DNA from: Patescibacteria group bacterium
Lineage (GTDB): Bacteria > Patescibacteriota > Patescibacteriia > UBA1558 > GWA2-36-10
Assembly (NCBI GenBank): GCA_041665545.1
Contig: JBAYIQ010000003.1
Span: forward strand, 3,222-67,221
Length of the DNA: 64,000 nucleotides
Direction of reading: 5' to 3'
Positions 28,246 to 37,042 of this stretch are shown here, piece after piece. The translations under genes were made by a program, and so were the position numbers. The notes below the pieces were generated by a model that searched no databases, was not told the DNA's origin, and saw only the letters and a program-made list of their open reading frames with translations. Position 1 is the first letter of the stretch; each line of letters opens with the position of its first letter.

Positions 28246-29272
28246 TATTAAAAATATGTTCAAAAAAAATTCAACATTTATTATTGCGGAAGCGGGTATA
28301 AATCACAACGGTGATTTTGCAACAGCTAAAAAATTGATTATTGAAGCAAAAAAATGCGGAGCTGATGCCATAAAGTTTCAGTCTTTTAAGGCCGATGAGC
28401 TTATTATCGAAAAAGCCCAGAAGGCTAAGCATGTTAAGGGTGAAAAAAGTTTTTTTGATATGTTAAAAAGTTGGGAATTAACCGCCAATGATTATGTAAA
28501 ATTAGCGGCTATTGCTAAAAAAGAGGGGATTATCTTTTTTGCTTCCGTTTTTGGAAGACAGTCTTTGGCTTTAATGAAAAAGGTTGGCGCACCACTTTTT
28601 AAAATTGCTTCTTGTGATTTAAATAATCATTTTTTACTTAAAGAAGTGGCTAAAACTAAAAAACCAGTGATTATTTCAACTGGCATGGGGAGTGCTGAAG
28701 AAATAAAGCAGGCCATAAAAATATTGGCCAAAGGCACACGAGAATTGGGTATTTTACACTGTATTTCGCTTTATCCACCACAAGCAGAAGAATTAAACCT
28801 CCAAAGAATTTCAATTTTAAAAAAGATGTTTCCCAAGCATGTTATTGGCTATTCTGACCATACTCTAGATATTTTTACTTCATCCGCTACTATTCTTTTG
28901 GGAGCTAAAATAATTGAAAAGCATTTTACCTTGGATAAGCATATGCCCGGCCCAGATCAGCCAAGTTCGGCCGATCCAAAAGAATTTAAAAAAATGGTAG
29001 AACAAATTAGATTTTTAGAAAAGGCCATTCAGGAAAAAGAAATAAAAATTAATCCTGGAGCTCGAGAAAAAGAAATGAAGAAGGCCTTTCGACGTAGTTT
29101 GGTAGCCAATGAATTTATTGCCAAAGGAACAGTGATAAGCGAAAAAATGTTAGCAGTAAAGCGACCAGGCACAGGTATTCCTTCTTCAGAGATGGGTAAA
29201 TTGTTGGGCAAAAAAGCTAAAAATAATTTAGAAAAAAATACCATAATTAGTTATTCAGACATAACTCGATGA
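28226..29272 (+). CDS. neuB: N-acetylneuraminate synthase family (NeuB/PseI/LegI-like nonulosonic acid synthase)
   Basis: 348 aa. N-terminus FIIAEAGINHNGDFATAKKLIIEAKKCGADAIKFQSF is the hallmark NeuB TIM-barrel start. C-terminal SAF/antifreeze-like domain present. Confidence 0.75.
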   Translation: MSGKINNIKNMFKKNSTFIIAEAGINHNGDFATAKKLIIEAKKCGADAIKFQSFKADELIIEKAQKAKHVKGEKSFFDMLKSWELTANDYVKLAAIAKKEGIIFFASVFGRQSLALMKKVGAPLFKIASCDLNNHFLLKEVAKTKKPVIISTGMGSAEEIKQAIKILAKGTRELGILHCISLYPPQAEELNLQRISILKKMFPKHVIGYSDHTLDIFTSSATILLGAKIIEKHFTLDKHMPGPDQPSSADPKEFKKMVEQIRFLEKAIQEKEIKINPGAREKEMKKAFRRSLVANEFIAKGTVISEKMLAVKRPGTGIPSSEMGKLLGKKAKNNLEKNTIISYSDITR

Positions 29273-30246
29273 TTAATATTATAGGAAAAATTAATAAAGA
29301 TAATTATCGCGAATTCACTAATTCAGATTTTTTCGGCTATGAGGTATTTTTAGCATCGGAAGAGGATTTTCATTATTTGCCAGACATGATATCAAAGTTG
29401 AATATTGTTTCTGTTCATCAGCCAAGTCGTAATTTTAATTTATGTAATGAGGGGCAGCAAGGAGAAGGCTCTTTCCGGTTATTAGAGCGGCTACTTTCAA
29501 TACTTGATAATAATAACTTCAAAGGGGTTCTCGTTGTACATGGAGCTTATTTTGATGAGCTTAGTTCGCAGCGAGATAAACATTTGGAGATTATGGCTAA
29601 GAGAATAGACATCTTGTCAGAGAATTTTGCTAATATTAAAATTTCTCTGGAGAATGACGTGTGGTTTTTAAACCAGATAAAAAAGCGTCGGGCACTTTTA
29701 GCTGAACCCAAAGACTTTTTTGATTTAAGAGAAAAAATGACTAGCCATCTTTACATTACTCTTGATTTTGAGCATATGTGGATTTCTTCTATTTTTTCAT
29801 CATTTTTTAAAGAAAATGAATCTTTTTGTGTGCAGGTCAATGACACAAGTGATTTGAATAAACCGGAAGTTATTTTAGCTAAAAAAACTTGGTTTACTTT
29901 TATTGAAAATAATAAAAATAATCTAGAGAAATTAGTGTCCAAAAATATCAAGGAATATCATGAATTGCAATCATCAATTGTTAATTTTCACCTTAATGGC
30001 TCAAATATGTTTAACTACTGGTTTGATGAAAAAATATTTATCCCTTATCTTGGTGAACATTTGTGTATTCAAGAAGAGGATGATAATATAAATTATAATC
30101 TTATTAGGGAAAATTTAGATAAATTAACCAAGCAGAAAGATATTAATATAGTTTTGGAAATTTGGCCACGGGAAAAATCTAGGTATGTAGTAGAATTGAA
30201 AAAATCTGGTAACTTGGCTCGAGAAATATTTAAAAACATTAAATAA
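29269..30246 (+). CDS. hypothetical protein, possibly xylose-isomerase-like TIM-barrel (sugar phosphate isomerase/epimerase)
   Basis: 325 aa. Scattered His/Glu/Asp motifs (VSVHQPS, VVHGAYFDE, LENDVW, TLDFEHMW, NFHLNG) are reminiscent of AP-endonuclease-2/xylose isomerase-like barrels. Weak. Confidence 0.25.
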   Translation: MINIIGKINKDNYREFTNSDFFGYEVFLASEEDFHYLPDMISKLNIVSVHQPSRNFNLCNEGQQGEGSFRLLERLLSILDNNNFKGVLVVHGAYFDELSSQRDKHLEIMAKRIDILSENFANIKISLENDVWFLNQIKKRRALLAEPKDFFDLREKMTSHLYITLDFEHMWISSIFSSFFKENESFCVQVNDTSDLNKPEVILAKKTWFTFIENNKNNLEKLVSKNIKEYHELQSSIVNFHLNGSNMFNYWFDEKIFIPYLGEHLCIQEEDDNINYNLIRENLDKLTKQKDINIVLEIWPREKSRYVVELKKSGNLAREIFKNIK

Positions 30247-30255
30247 ACTAAAAAA

Positions 30256-30939
30256 ATGAAAAATATTTGTATTATCCCAGCTCGGGGTGGATCCAAGAGA
30301 ATTCCCAAAAAAAATATAGTCGATTTTTATGGTAAGCCGATGTTGGCTTATACTATTGAGGCGGCTATTAAATCTGGTTTATTTGGTGAGAATATTTTTG
30401 TTAGTTCAGATTCAGAGGAGATCTTAGCAGTCGCCAATAACTATCCGGGCGTGCAGAGCATTTTGCGCCCAGCAGAAATTTCTGGAGACACAGCAACATT
30501 AGAGGAAGCAACCTTGCATTTGTTAAATAATGCTAGTGGTAATTTTGATTATTTGTGTATGCTTATGCCCAATTGTCCTTTACGCAACGAAGAGGATATA
30601 AAAATTTCTTTTGCTGAAATAACTAAAGCTGGTGCTACCTGTTCAATGAGTGTAGTTGATTATTATTGGCTCTACCCATTTTGGGCTTTACAAGAAAAAG
30701 AAACTGGCTTGGAATTATTTTTTGGTAAAGAATATCTGATTGATTCAAAAAAATTGCCCAAGGTTTATTGTCCTTCGGGGGCAGTTCGTTGGGTAAAGGT
30801 AGATAATTTCAAGGAGGAAAAAAAGTTTTATGGTAAGGGCTTGATGAAATATGTTATTCCTTTTGAAAGGAGTGTGGATATTGATAACTTTGAGGATTTA
30901 GAATTAGCTAAAAAGATTTATAAAATCGTAAATGCCTAG
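30256..30939 (+). CDS. neuA: acylneuraminate cytidylyltransferase family (CMP-nonulosonic acid synthetase, NeuA/PseF-like)
   Basis: 227 aa. N-terminus MKNICIIPARGGSKRIPKKNI is the canonical CMP-NeuAc/CMP-Kdo synthetase P-loop-like motif. Confidence 0.75.
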   Translation: MKNICIIPARGGSKRIPKKNIVDFYGKPMLAYTIEAAIKSGLFGENIFVSSDSEEILAVANNYPGVQSILRPAEISGDTATLEEATLHLLNNASGNFDYLCMLMPNCPLRNEEDIKISFAEITKAGATCSMSVVDYYWLYPFWALQEKETGLELFFGKEYLIDSKKLPKVYCPSGAVRWVKVDNFKEEKKFYGKGLMKYVIPFERSVDIDNFEDLELAKKIYKIVNA

Positions 30940-31741
30940 AAAAAAGAAAAACCTTAATATAATTTTTTTAGGGCGTAAAGTCGGAGCTGTTGAAGCAGTC
31001 CAGCATTTATTAAAATCCGGAGCCTCTGTAAAGTTAATCGTGGCTCCACGCGAAGAGGATTATAAGCCGACTTTAAGGGAATTAGCGCGCAAACATAAAA
31101 TCCCCTTTTTATATGATGACACAAAATTATATAATTTAATTAAAAATAGGAAGAGTTTGATTTTAGATACGGATTTAGTAATTTCTTATCTTTATTGGAG
31201 AAAAATAAAACAACCGTTATTTAATTTGCCAAAATTAGGTTGCATTAATTTTCATCCAGCACCTTTGCCAGACTACAAAGGACGAGCCGGTTATAATACG
31301 GCTATTTTGAATCAAAGTAAGTTTTTTGGAGCCTCGGCGCACTTTATTGATTCGGAAGAGTTTGATGTTGGTCCGATAATCAAAGTAAAAAGATTTCCAA
31401 TTAATTCTGAAAATGAAACCGCTTTTTCCCTAGAAGCTAAAACACAGACAGAATTATTGGCTCTTTTTAAAGAGGTGATGGCTGATTTCTTGGTTGGTAA
31501 AAAGATAAAAACTAAGCCAAATAAAGAAGGGATATACTGGAGTGGTAAATATTTAGAAGAAGCAAAAAAAATTAATCTAGATCAAGATTCGGTAGCTGAT
31601 ATTGATAGAAAAATTAGGGCTTTCTTTTTTCCGCCCTATAGCGGTGCTTGGGTAGAAATAGGTGGTAAGAAATTTACTCTTATAAATGATCAGATCTTAA
31701 ATTTAATTAAAAAAATAATTGATGATAGAAAAAATAAATAA
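30932..31741 (+). CDS. formyltransferase family protein (Fmt/PurN-like N-terminal domain)
   Basis: 269 aa. NFHPAPLPDYKGRAG matches the formyl-transferase H-x-S/A-x-L-P-x-x-R/K-G catalytic motif. Candidate sugar N-formyltransferase. Confidence 0.55.
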   Translation: MPRKKKNLNIIFLGRKVGAVEAVQHLLKSGASVKLIVAPREEDYKPTLRELARKHKIPFLYDDTKLYNLIKNRKSLILDTDLVISYLYWRKIKQPLFNLPKLGCINFHPAPLPDYKGRAGYNTAILNQSKFFGASAHFIDSEEFDVGPIIKVKRFPINSENETAFSLEAKTQTELLALFKEVMADFLVGKKIKTKPNKEGIYWSGKYLEEAKKINLDQDSVADIDRKIRAFFFPPYSGAWVEIGGKKFTLINDQILNLIKKIIDDRKNK

Positions 31742-32852
31742 GAAATACCCAATTGCTAAACCTTTTATTGGTATCGAGGAAAAACGGGAGGTTTTGAAGG
31801 TTTTAAATTCCGGTCATCTCAGTCTTGGTCCTTATTACAAAAAATTTGAGGCTAGTTTTGCTAAAAAAATTGGTGTCAAATATGCCTGCGCAGTTAATAG
31901 TGGCACAGCTGGTCTTCATTTAGCCATGCTTTGTGCTGGAATAAAGCCGGGTGATGAAGTAATTACTTCGCCGTTTTCTTTCGTGGCTTCGGCTAATTGT
32001 ATTTTATATGTTGGAGCAACACCTATTTTTGTTGATATTGATCCCATTACCTACAATATTGATCCTTTGGAAATTGAGAAAAAAATTACTCCAAAAACAA
32101 AAGCAATTTTGCCAGTGCATATTTTTGGACAATCCGCTAATATGACTGTGATTGTTAAAATTGCTAAAAAGTATAATTTAAAAATTATCGAAGATGCTTG
32201 TGAATCTTTGTTGGCAAGTCATAATGGTCAGCAAGTAGGTACTTTCGGCGAGTCAGCAGTTTTTGCCTTTTATCCAAATAAACAGATGACAACCGGTGAA
32301 GGTGGTATGCTGGTAACCAATAAAAAAGAAATATATGAGCTAGCTTGCAGTTTGCGTAATCAAGGTCGTGGTGAAAATATGCAGTGGCTTGATCATGAAA
32401 GACTTGGTTATAATTATCGCCTTGATGAAATGAGTGCAGCCATTGGCTTGGTGCAGCTTAAAAAAATCGATTGGTTAATAAAGGAAAGAAGAAAGATAGC
32501 TAATTTATATCAAAAATTTTTTTCTCCCCACCATGATTTAATTCAAATTCCGCAAATTAATAAAGGCAATACTCATACTTGGTTTGTTTACGCGCTAAAA
32601 ATAAAAGATAAAAAAATTAAGACAGATCAATTAATAGATAAATTAAGAAAAGAGGGTATTAGTTCAAAACCTTATTTGCCATCAATCCATTTATTTAAAT
32701 TTTATCAAGATAAATTTGGTTTTAAAGAGGGCGATTTTCCGATTTCAGAAGAAATCAGTCGATATTCTTTAGCTATGCCTTTCTACATTGGCTTAAAAGA
32801 AAAAGATGTTAAACATATTGTTAATAAATTGATTAAAATTTTAAAAAAATGA
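31719..32852 (+). CDS. DegT/DnrJ/EryC1/StrS family PLP-dependent sugar aminotransferase (PseC-like)
   Basis: 377 aa. DACESLLASHNGQQVGTFGESAVFAFYPNKQMTTGEGGMLVTN is typical of the DegT family. Confidence 0.7.
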   Translation: MMIEKINKKYPIAKPFIGIEEKREVLKVLNSGHLSLGPYYKKFEASFAKKIGVKYACAVNSGTAGLHLAMLCAGIKPGDEVITSPFSFVASANCILYVGATPIFVDIDPITYNIDPLEIEKKITPKTKAILPVHIFGQSANMTVIVKIAKKYNLKIIEDACESLLASHNGQQVGTFGESAVFAFYPNKQMTTGEGGMLVTNKKEIYELACSLRNQGRGENMQWLDHERLGYNYRLDEMSAAIGLVQLKKIDWLIKERRKIANLYQKFFSPHHDLIQIPQINKGNTHTWFVYALKIKDKKIKTDQLIDKLRKEGISSKPYLPSIHLFKFYQDKFGFKEGDFPISEEISRYSLAMPFYIGLKEKDVKHIVNKLIKILKK

Positions 32853-33838
32853 TCAAAGCTTTTAAGGGTAAAATTATTTTAGTAACTGGAGGAGCTGGTT
32901 CAATCGGCTCAGAATTAGTAGAGCAGCTTTTGCAGTATAAACCTAAACAAATTAGAGTACTTTCGCGTGATGAAAGTAAACAATATGAACTTTTAGAAAA
33001 ATTGAGTCATCCCAAAAATTTGCGCTTATTTATTGGTGATGTCAGGGATAAAGAGAGGCTTGATTTGGCTTTTAAAAATGTTGATATTGTAATTCACGCA
33101 GCAGCACTTAAACACGTACCTTTTTGTGAGTATAATCCATTTGAGACAATTAAAACCAATATTGTTGGCTCCCAAAACGTAATTGAGGCGGCTCTCAAAA
33201 ATAAAGTAAAAAAAGTTATTGCCATTTCCACCGATAAAGCGGCTAACCCAAATAATGTCATGGGAGTTTCAAAATTGATGATGGAAAAATTATTTGTTAA
33301 CGCTAATTATTATGGCTCAGCTGGGACTATATTTTCCTGCGTTAGATTTGGCAATGTTGCTTGGGCCAGGGGCTCAGTTTTACCTTTTTGGCAAAAACAA
33401 GCTGAGCGATTTAGTAAAATTAATGTCACTAATAGCGAGATGACTAGATTTTTGATGTCAAAAAAGGAAGCATGCAATTTGATTCTTAAAGCTATTGAGC
33501 TGGCTAGAGGTAAAGAGATTTTTGTTTTAAAAATGCCAGCTATTAAATTAGGTGATTTGGCTAATTTGTTTATTAAAAAATATTTTTTCAATAAAAACAT
33601 AAAAATTAAAAATGTCGGAAGTCGAGCAGGAGAAAAAATGCACGAGGAGTTGCTTAATGCCAGTGAGGATTTGAAAATTTTGTCTAACCACCGAATGTTT
33701 ATCATTTTACCAAAGGTAAAGATTTATGGTTTAGAAGAAAAGAAAATTAAAAATTATCCCGGCTTTAAAGAAGTAAAAGTTTGTACTTATTCTTCTAATC
33801 TCTATTTAGATAATAAAAAAATAAACGAAATAATTTAA
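32849..33838 (+). CDS. pseB: UDP-GlcNAc 4,6-dehydratase, short-form CapD/FlaA1/PseB-like
   Basis: 329 aa. KGKIILVTGGAGSIGSELVEQLL...IRVLSRDESKQ is the characteristic PseB/FlaA1 N-terminus (SDR Rossmann). Confidence 0.7.
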   Translation: MIKAFKGKIILVTGGAGSIGSELVEQLLQYKPKQIRVLSRDESKQYELLEKLSHPKNLRLFIGDVRDKERLDLAFKNVDIVIHAAALKHVPFCEYNPFETIKTNIVGSQNVIEAALKNKVKKVIAISTDKAANPNNVMGVSKLMMEKLFVNANYYGSAGTIFSCVRFGNVAWARGSVLPFWQKQAERFSKINVTNSEMTRFLMSKKEACNLILKAIELARGKEIFVLKMPAIKLGDLANLFIKKYFFNKNIKIKNVGSRAGEKMHEELLNASEDLKILSNHRMFIILPKVKIYGLEEKKIKNYPGFKEVKVCTYSSNLYLDNKKINEII

Positions 33839-33841
33839 TTT

Positions 33842-35146
33842 ATGAAAGAGCAGAAACTAGCACTGTTGGGAGGAGCTCCTATTTTAAAAAAACCTTTTGC
33901 TACTTATAATTCTTTGGGTGCGGAAGAAAAAAAAGCGGTGATAAAAGTTATGGACGAAAGAATTATTTCTGATTTTTTGGGTTCGGCTGGTGAAAAATTT
34001 TTGGGCGGGAAATATGTTAGAGAGTTTGAGGGTCGTATTTGTGATTTATTCAAGGTTAAACATGCGATAAGCTTTAATTCGGCTACCACGGCCCTACAAG
34101 GGGCAATGGGAGCTATTGGTATGGGCCCAGGAGACGAGGTTATTACCTCTCCTTATAGTATGTCGGCCACTCCATCGGCCATTTTATTAAACAATGCTAT
34201 TCCAGTTTTTGCCGATATTGATTGGAATAATTATTGTTTAGACCCAAAATCCATTGAAGCAAAAATTACCAAGAGAACAAAAGCCATTTTTTTGGTTAAT
34301 ATTTTTGGTGGTACAGGAAATTTTTCAAAAATATTAAGTTTGGCTAAAAAATATAAACTAAAAGTAGTGGAAGATAACGCCCAGGCAATTGGTGCTAAGT
34401 ATAAAAATAAGTTTTTAGGAACCATAGGAGATGCTGGGGTTTTTAGTTTTAATGTCCATAAAAATTTGCAGTGTGGTGAGGGTGGTGTACTAACGACCAA
34501 TAACGATAAAATAGCTTTTCGAGCACAACTTATTAGAAATCACGGAGAAGCAGTTTTAGACGATGATTATTATCGGAATAGAAAAATTTTTGAACCACTT
34601 ATTGGCAGTAACTATCGTTTAAGCGAGCTTCACGCGGCTGTAGCCATTGAGCAGTTAAAAAAAATTAAAGTTTTAAATGGTGCTCGAGTTAGTTTGGCTA
34701 ATTATTTGAACTCTCTTTTATCTAAGATAGATTGGCTAGAGCCAGTCAAGGTCACTACTCACAGTACTCATGTTTATTATTTTTATCCTTTTAAGATAAA
34801 TAATAAAGCAGGAATTAAAAGATCGACTTTTGTTAAAGCCATGGTTGCCGAGGGATTTTTAGTTAGAGAAGGCTACGTTAAGCCCCTTTATCTCCTACCA
34901 ATTTATCAAAAAAAGAAAATTTTTATTAATTCGCAATATCCTTTTGTTTCAAAAGATTTTAAAACAAACGTAAGTTATAATAAAGGAATTTGTCCTGTAG
35001 CTGAAAAATTATGGGAAGAAAATCTTTTAATAACTAGTATTTGCCATTACCCTAGAACAAAGAAAGATATTGATAATTTTTTTAAAGCTATATTAAAGAT
35101 TGATAAAAATCGTAAAGCCCTGGCCCTTTATGAAAAGCAGAAATAA
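33842..35146 (+). CDS. DegT/DnrJ/EryC1/StrS family aminotransferase (second paralog)
   Basis: 434 aa. DegT-family fold with N-terminal extension (GDEVITSPYSMSATPSAIL...). Exact activity (aminotransferase vs dehydratase) not resolvable by eye. Confidence 0.6.
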   Translation: MKEQKLALLGGAPILKKPFATYNSLGAEEKKAVIKVMDERIISDFLGSAGEKFLGGKYVREFEGRICDLFKVKHAISFNSATTALQGAMGAIGMGPGDEVITSPYSMSATPSAILLNNAIPVFADIDWNNYCLDPKSIEAKITKRTKAIFLVNIFGGTGNFSKILSLAKKYKLKVVEDNAQAIGAKYKNKFLGTIGDAGVFSFNVHKNLQCGEGGVLTTNNDKIAFRAQLIRNHGEAVLDDDYYRNRKIFEPLIGSNYRLSELHAAVAIEQLKKIKVLNGARVSLANYLNSLLSKIDWLEPVKVTTHSTHVYYFYPFKINNKAGIKRSTFVKAMVAEGFLVREGYVKPLYLLPIYQKKKIFINSQYPFVSKDFKTNVSYNKGICPVAEKLWEENLLITSICHYPRTKKDIDNFFKAILKIDKNRKALALYEKQK

Positions 35147-36038
35147 AAATTTATTGATAGTGGCGCATGACGCTGGAGGAGCTAATATTTTAGCGGCCTG
35201 GGTAGTCAAAAATTTTAAAAAATATAATTTTTTATTTTGTTTAGAAAATCCAGCTTTAAAAATTTTTCAGGATAAGAAAATAGTATTTAAAAATATTAAA
35301 TATAAAAATTTAAATTTCGTATGGGATAAAATTGATTTTATATTGACTGGTACAAGTTATCCGGCTGATTTAGAAAGATTGTTAATTGCTCAAGCAAAAA
35401 AGAAAAAGATTAAAAGTGCTTCTTTTATTGATCATTGGGTTAATTATCGTAAAAGATTTTTACCATTAGGCCATGAGGGGAAAGTACAAAATTTTCTTCC
35501 CGATGAAATTTGGGTAGGTGATAGATTTGCCTTAAAAATGGCTTTAGAAGAGGGCTTTACTAGAAATAAGCTTAAATTAATACCCAATCCTTATTTTCAG
35601 GAAGTAAGAAAAATTAAACAAAATATACAAAACAGTGGCAAAATTGCTCAAAGAAAAAAAATTCTTTTTCTGTCGTCAATTTTTTCGGAAAATAATTTTA
35701 ATGAGTTTGATTTTTTAGAGGAATTTTTAAAAATTTTAAAATCATCTGGTAAAAAAATAGAAATTACCATCAAGCTACACCCCAGTGAGAAAATTGGTAA
35801 ATATAATAAGTTGATTAAAAAATATCCAGAATTAAAGATAAATCAATCAAAAAGTCAAAATTTGGTCCAGGAAATAAATAAAGCGGATTTAGTTATTGGT
35901 CAAGAGACTATGGCACTAGTTGTGGCGATGTTATTGAGCAAGACGGCTCTAAATTATAAGCCCAACGGGCTTTCAGCCATTCCTTTTAGAAAGATAAAAA
36001 TAATAACTTCTTTAAGTAAAATAGAGAAATATTTATGA
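35100..36038 (+). CDS. hypothetical GT-B-like protein (possible PseG-like UDP-sugar hydrolase)
   Basis: 312 aa. Two Rossmann-like halves. N-terminal LLIVAHDAGGANILAAW sits where PseG/MurG-like proteins have a G-x-G-H motif. Its position in the nonulosonic acid pathway block suggests a PseG role. Weak. Confidence 0.25.
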   Translation: MIKIVKPWPFMKSRNKNLLIVAHDAGGANILAAWVVKNFKKYNFLFCLENPALKIFQDKKIVFKNIKYKNLNFVWDKIDFILTGTSYPADLERLLIAQAKKKKIKSASFIDHWVNYRKRFLPLGHEGKVQNFLPDEIWVGDRFALKMALEEGFTRNKLKLIPNPYFQEVRKIKQNIQNSGKIAQRKKILFLSSIFSENNFNEFDFLEEFLKILKSSGKKIEITIKLHPSEKIGKYNKLIKKYPELKINQSKSQNLVQEINKADLVIGQETMALVVAMLLSKTALNYKPNGLSAIPFRKIKIITSLSKIEKYL

Positions 36039-37033
36039 AAAAATTATACAAAGCAGCAGTTATTGGGTGCGGTAGAATTGGAGCATTGCCAGTTAGTTTA
36101 AAAAAAAGCAATCGTCCCAAAACTCACGCTGAGGCTTATCAGTTAAATAGTAAAATTCAACTGGCTGGTTTGGTTGATACCGATAAAAATAAATTAAAGT
36201 TGGTAAAAAAATTTTATCCGGGTGTGCCCATTTTTACCGATCCTATTGAGATGCTCGAAAAAATTAAACCAGACATTGTTTCTATTACTACTGCGCCAAA
36301 ATCTCATTCTAAGTTGATTTGTCTAGCAGCCAAAAGTGGTTGTCGACTTATTTTTTGTGAAAAGCCCATTTCTTTGTCAATAAATGAAGCGGAAGAGGCA
36401 GTTAAGTATTGTCAAAAGCGGGGTAGTAAATTATTAATTAATCATCATCGTCATTTTGATCCGCTTGTTAATAAATGGAAAAAGAAAATAGACGATGGTT
36501 TGATTGGGCCAATATATCAAGGAACCGCTTATTATCACAATGGTTTTTTTAACTATATGACCCATATGCTTGATTTAATGCGAATGGTTTTGGGTGAAGC
36601 TGATTCCGTTTGTGGTTGGTATAATAAAATTACTTCAAGTGAAGATAGTGATGTAAATATTGATGGTTGGATAAAATTTAAAAAAGGAACACTTGTTTCT
36701 ATTCATTCCTTGACTAAAGATTATGGTTTTTTTGACTTGGATTTATTGGGTGAAAAAGGCAGAGTAACTTTTAAGGCTTTTGGGTCGACAAAAATTGAAT
36801 ATCAGAAAAAGATAAAAAACAAATTTTATTCTGGCTATTATGATTTATCAGAACCCAAGAAAGAAGGAAAATTAAGAAGCCCAATTCAAATTTCAATAAA
36901 TCGGGCAGTTTCTGTTCTGGATGGAAAGTCAAAACAGATAAGCACGGGTCAGGATGCCATGGTAATTTTAAAAATTCTTTTAGCCTTTAAAAAAAGTGCG
37001 GATCTGGGAAATAAGGAGATTAAGTTAAAATAA
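36035..37033 (+). CDS. Gfo/Idh/MocA family NAD(P)-dependent oxidoreductase
   Basis: 332 aa. N-terminal Rossmann motif KAAVIGCGRIG and a GFO_IDH_MocA-type C-terminal domain. WbpB-like sugar 3-dehydrogenases belong to this family. Confidence 0.65.
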   Translation: MKKLYKAAVIGCGRIGALPVSLKKSNRPKTHAEAYQLNSKIQLAGLVDTDKNKLKLVKKFYPGVPIFTDPIEMLEKIKPDIVSITTAPKSHSKLICLAAKSGCRLIFCEKPISLSINEAEEAVKYCQKRGSKLLINHHRHFDPLVNKWKKKIDDGLIGPIYQGTAYYHNGFFNYMTHMLDLMRMVLGEADSVCGWYNKITSSEDSDVNIDGWIKFKKGTLVSIHSLTKDYGFFDLDLLGEKGRVTFKAFGSTKIEYQKKIKNKFYSGYYDLSEPKKEGKLRSPIQISINRAVSVLDGKSKQISTGQDAMVILKILLAFKKSADLGNKEIKLK

Positions 37034-37042
37034 TGTTTTTTT

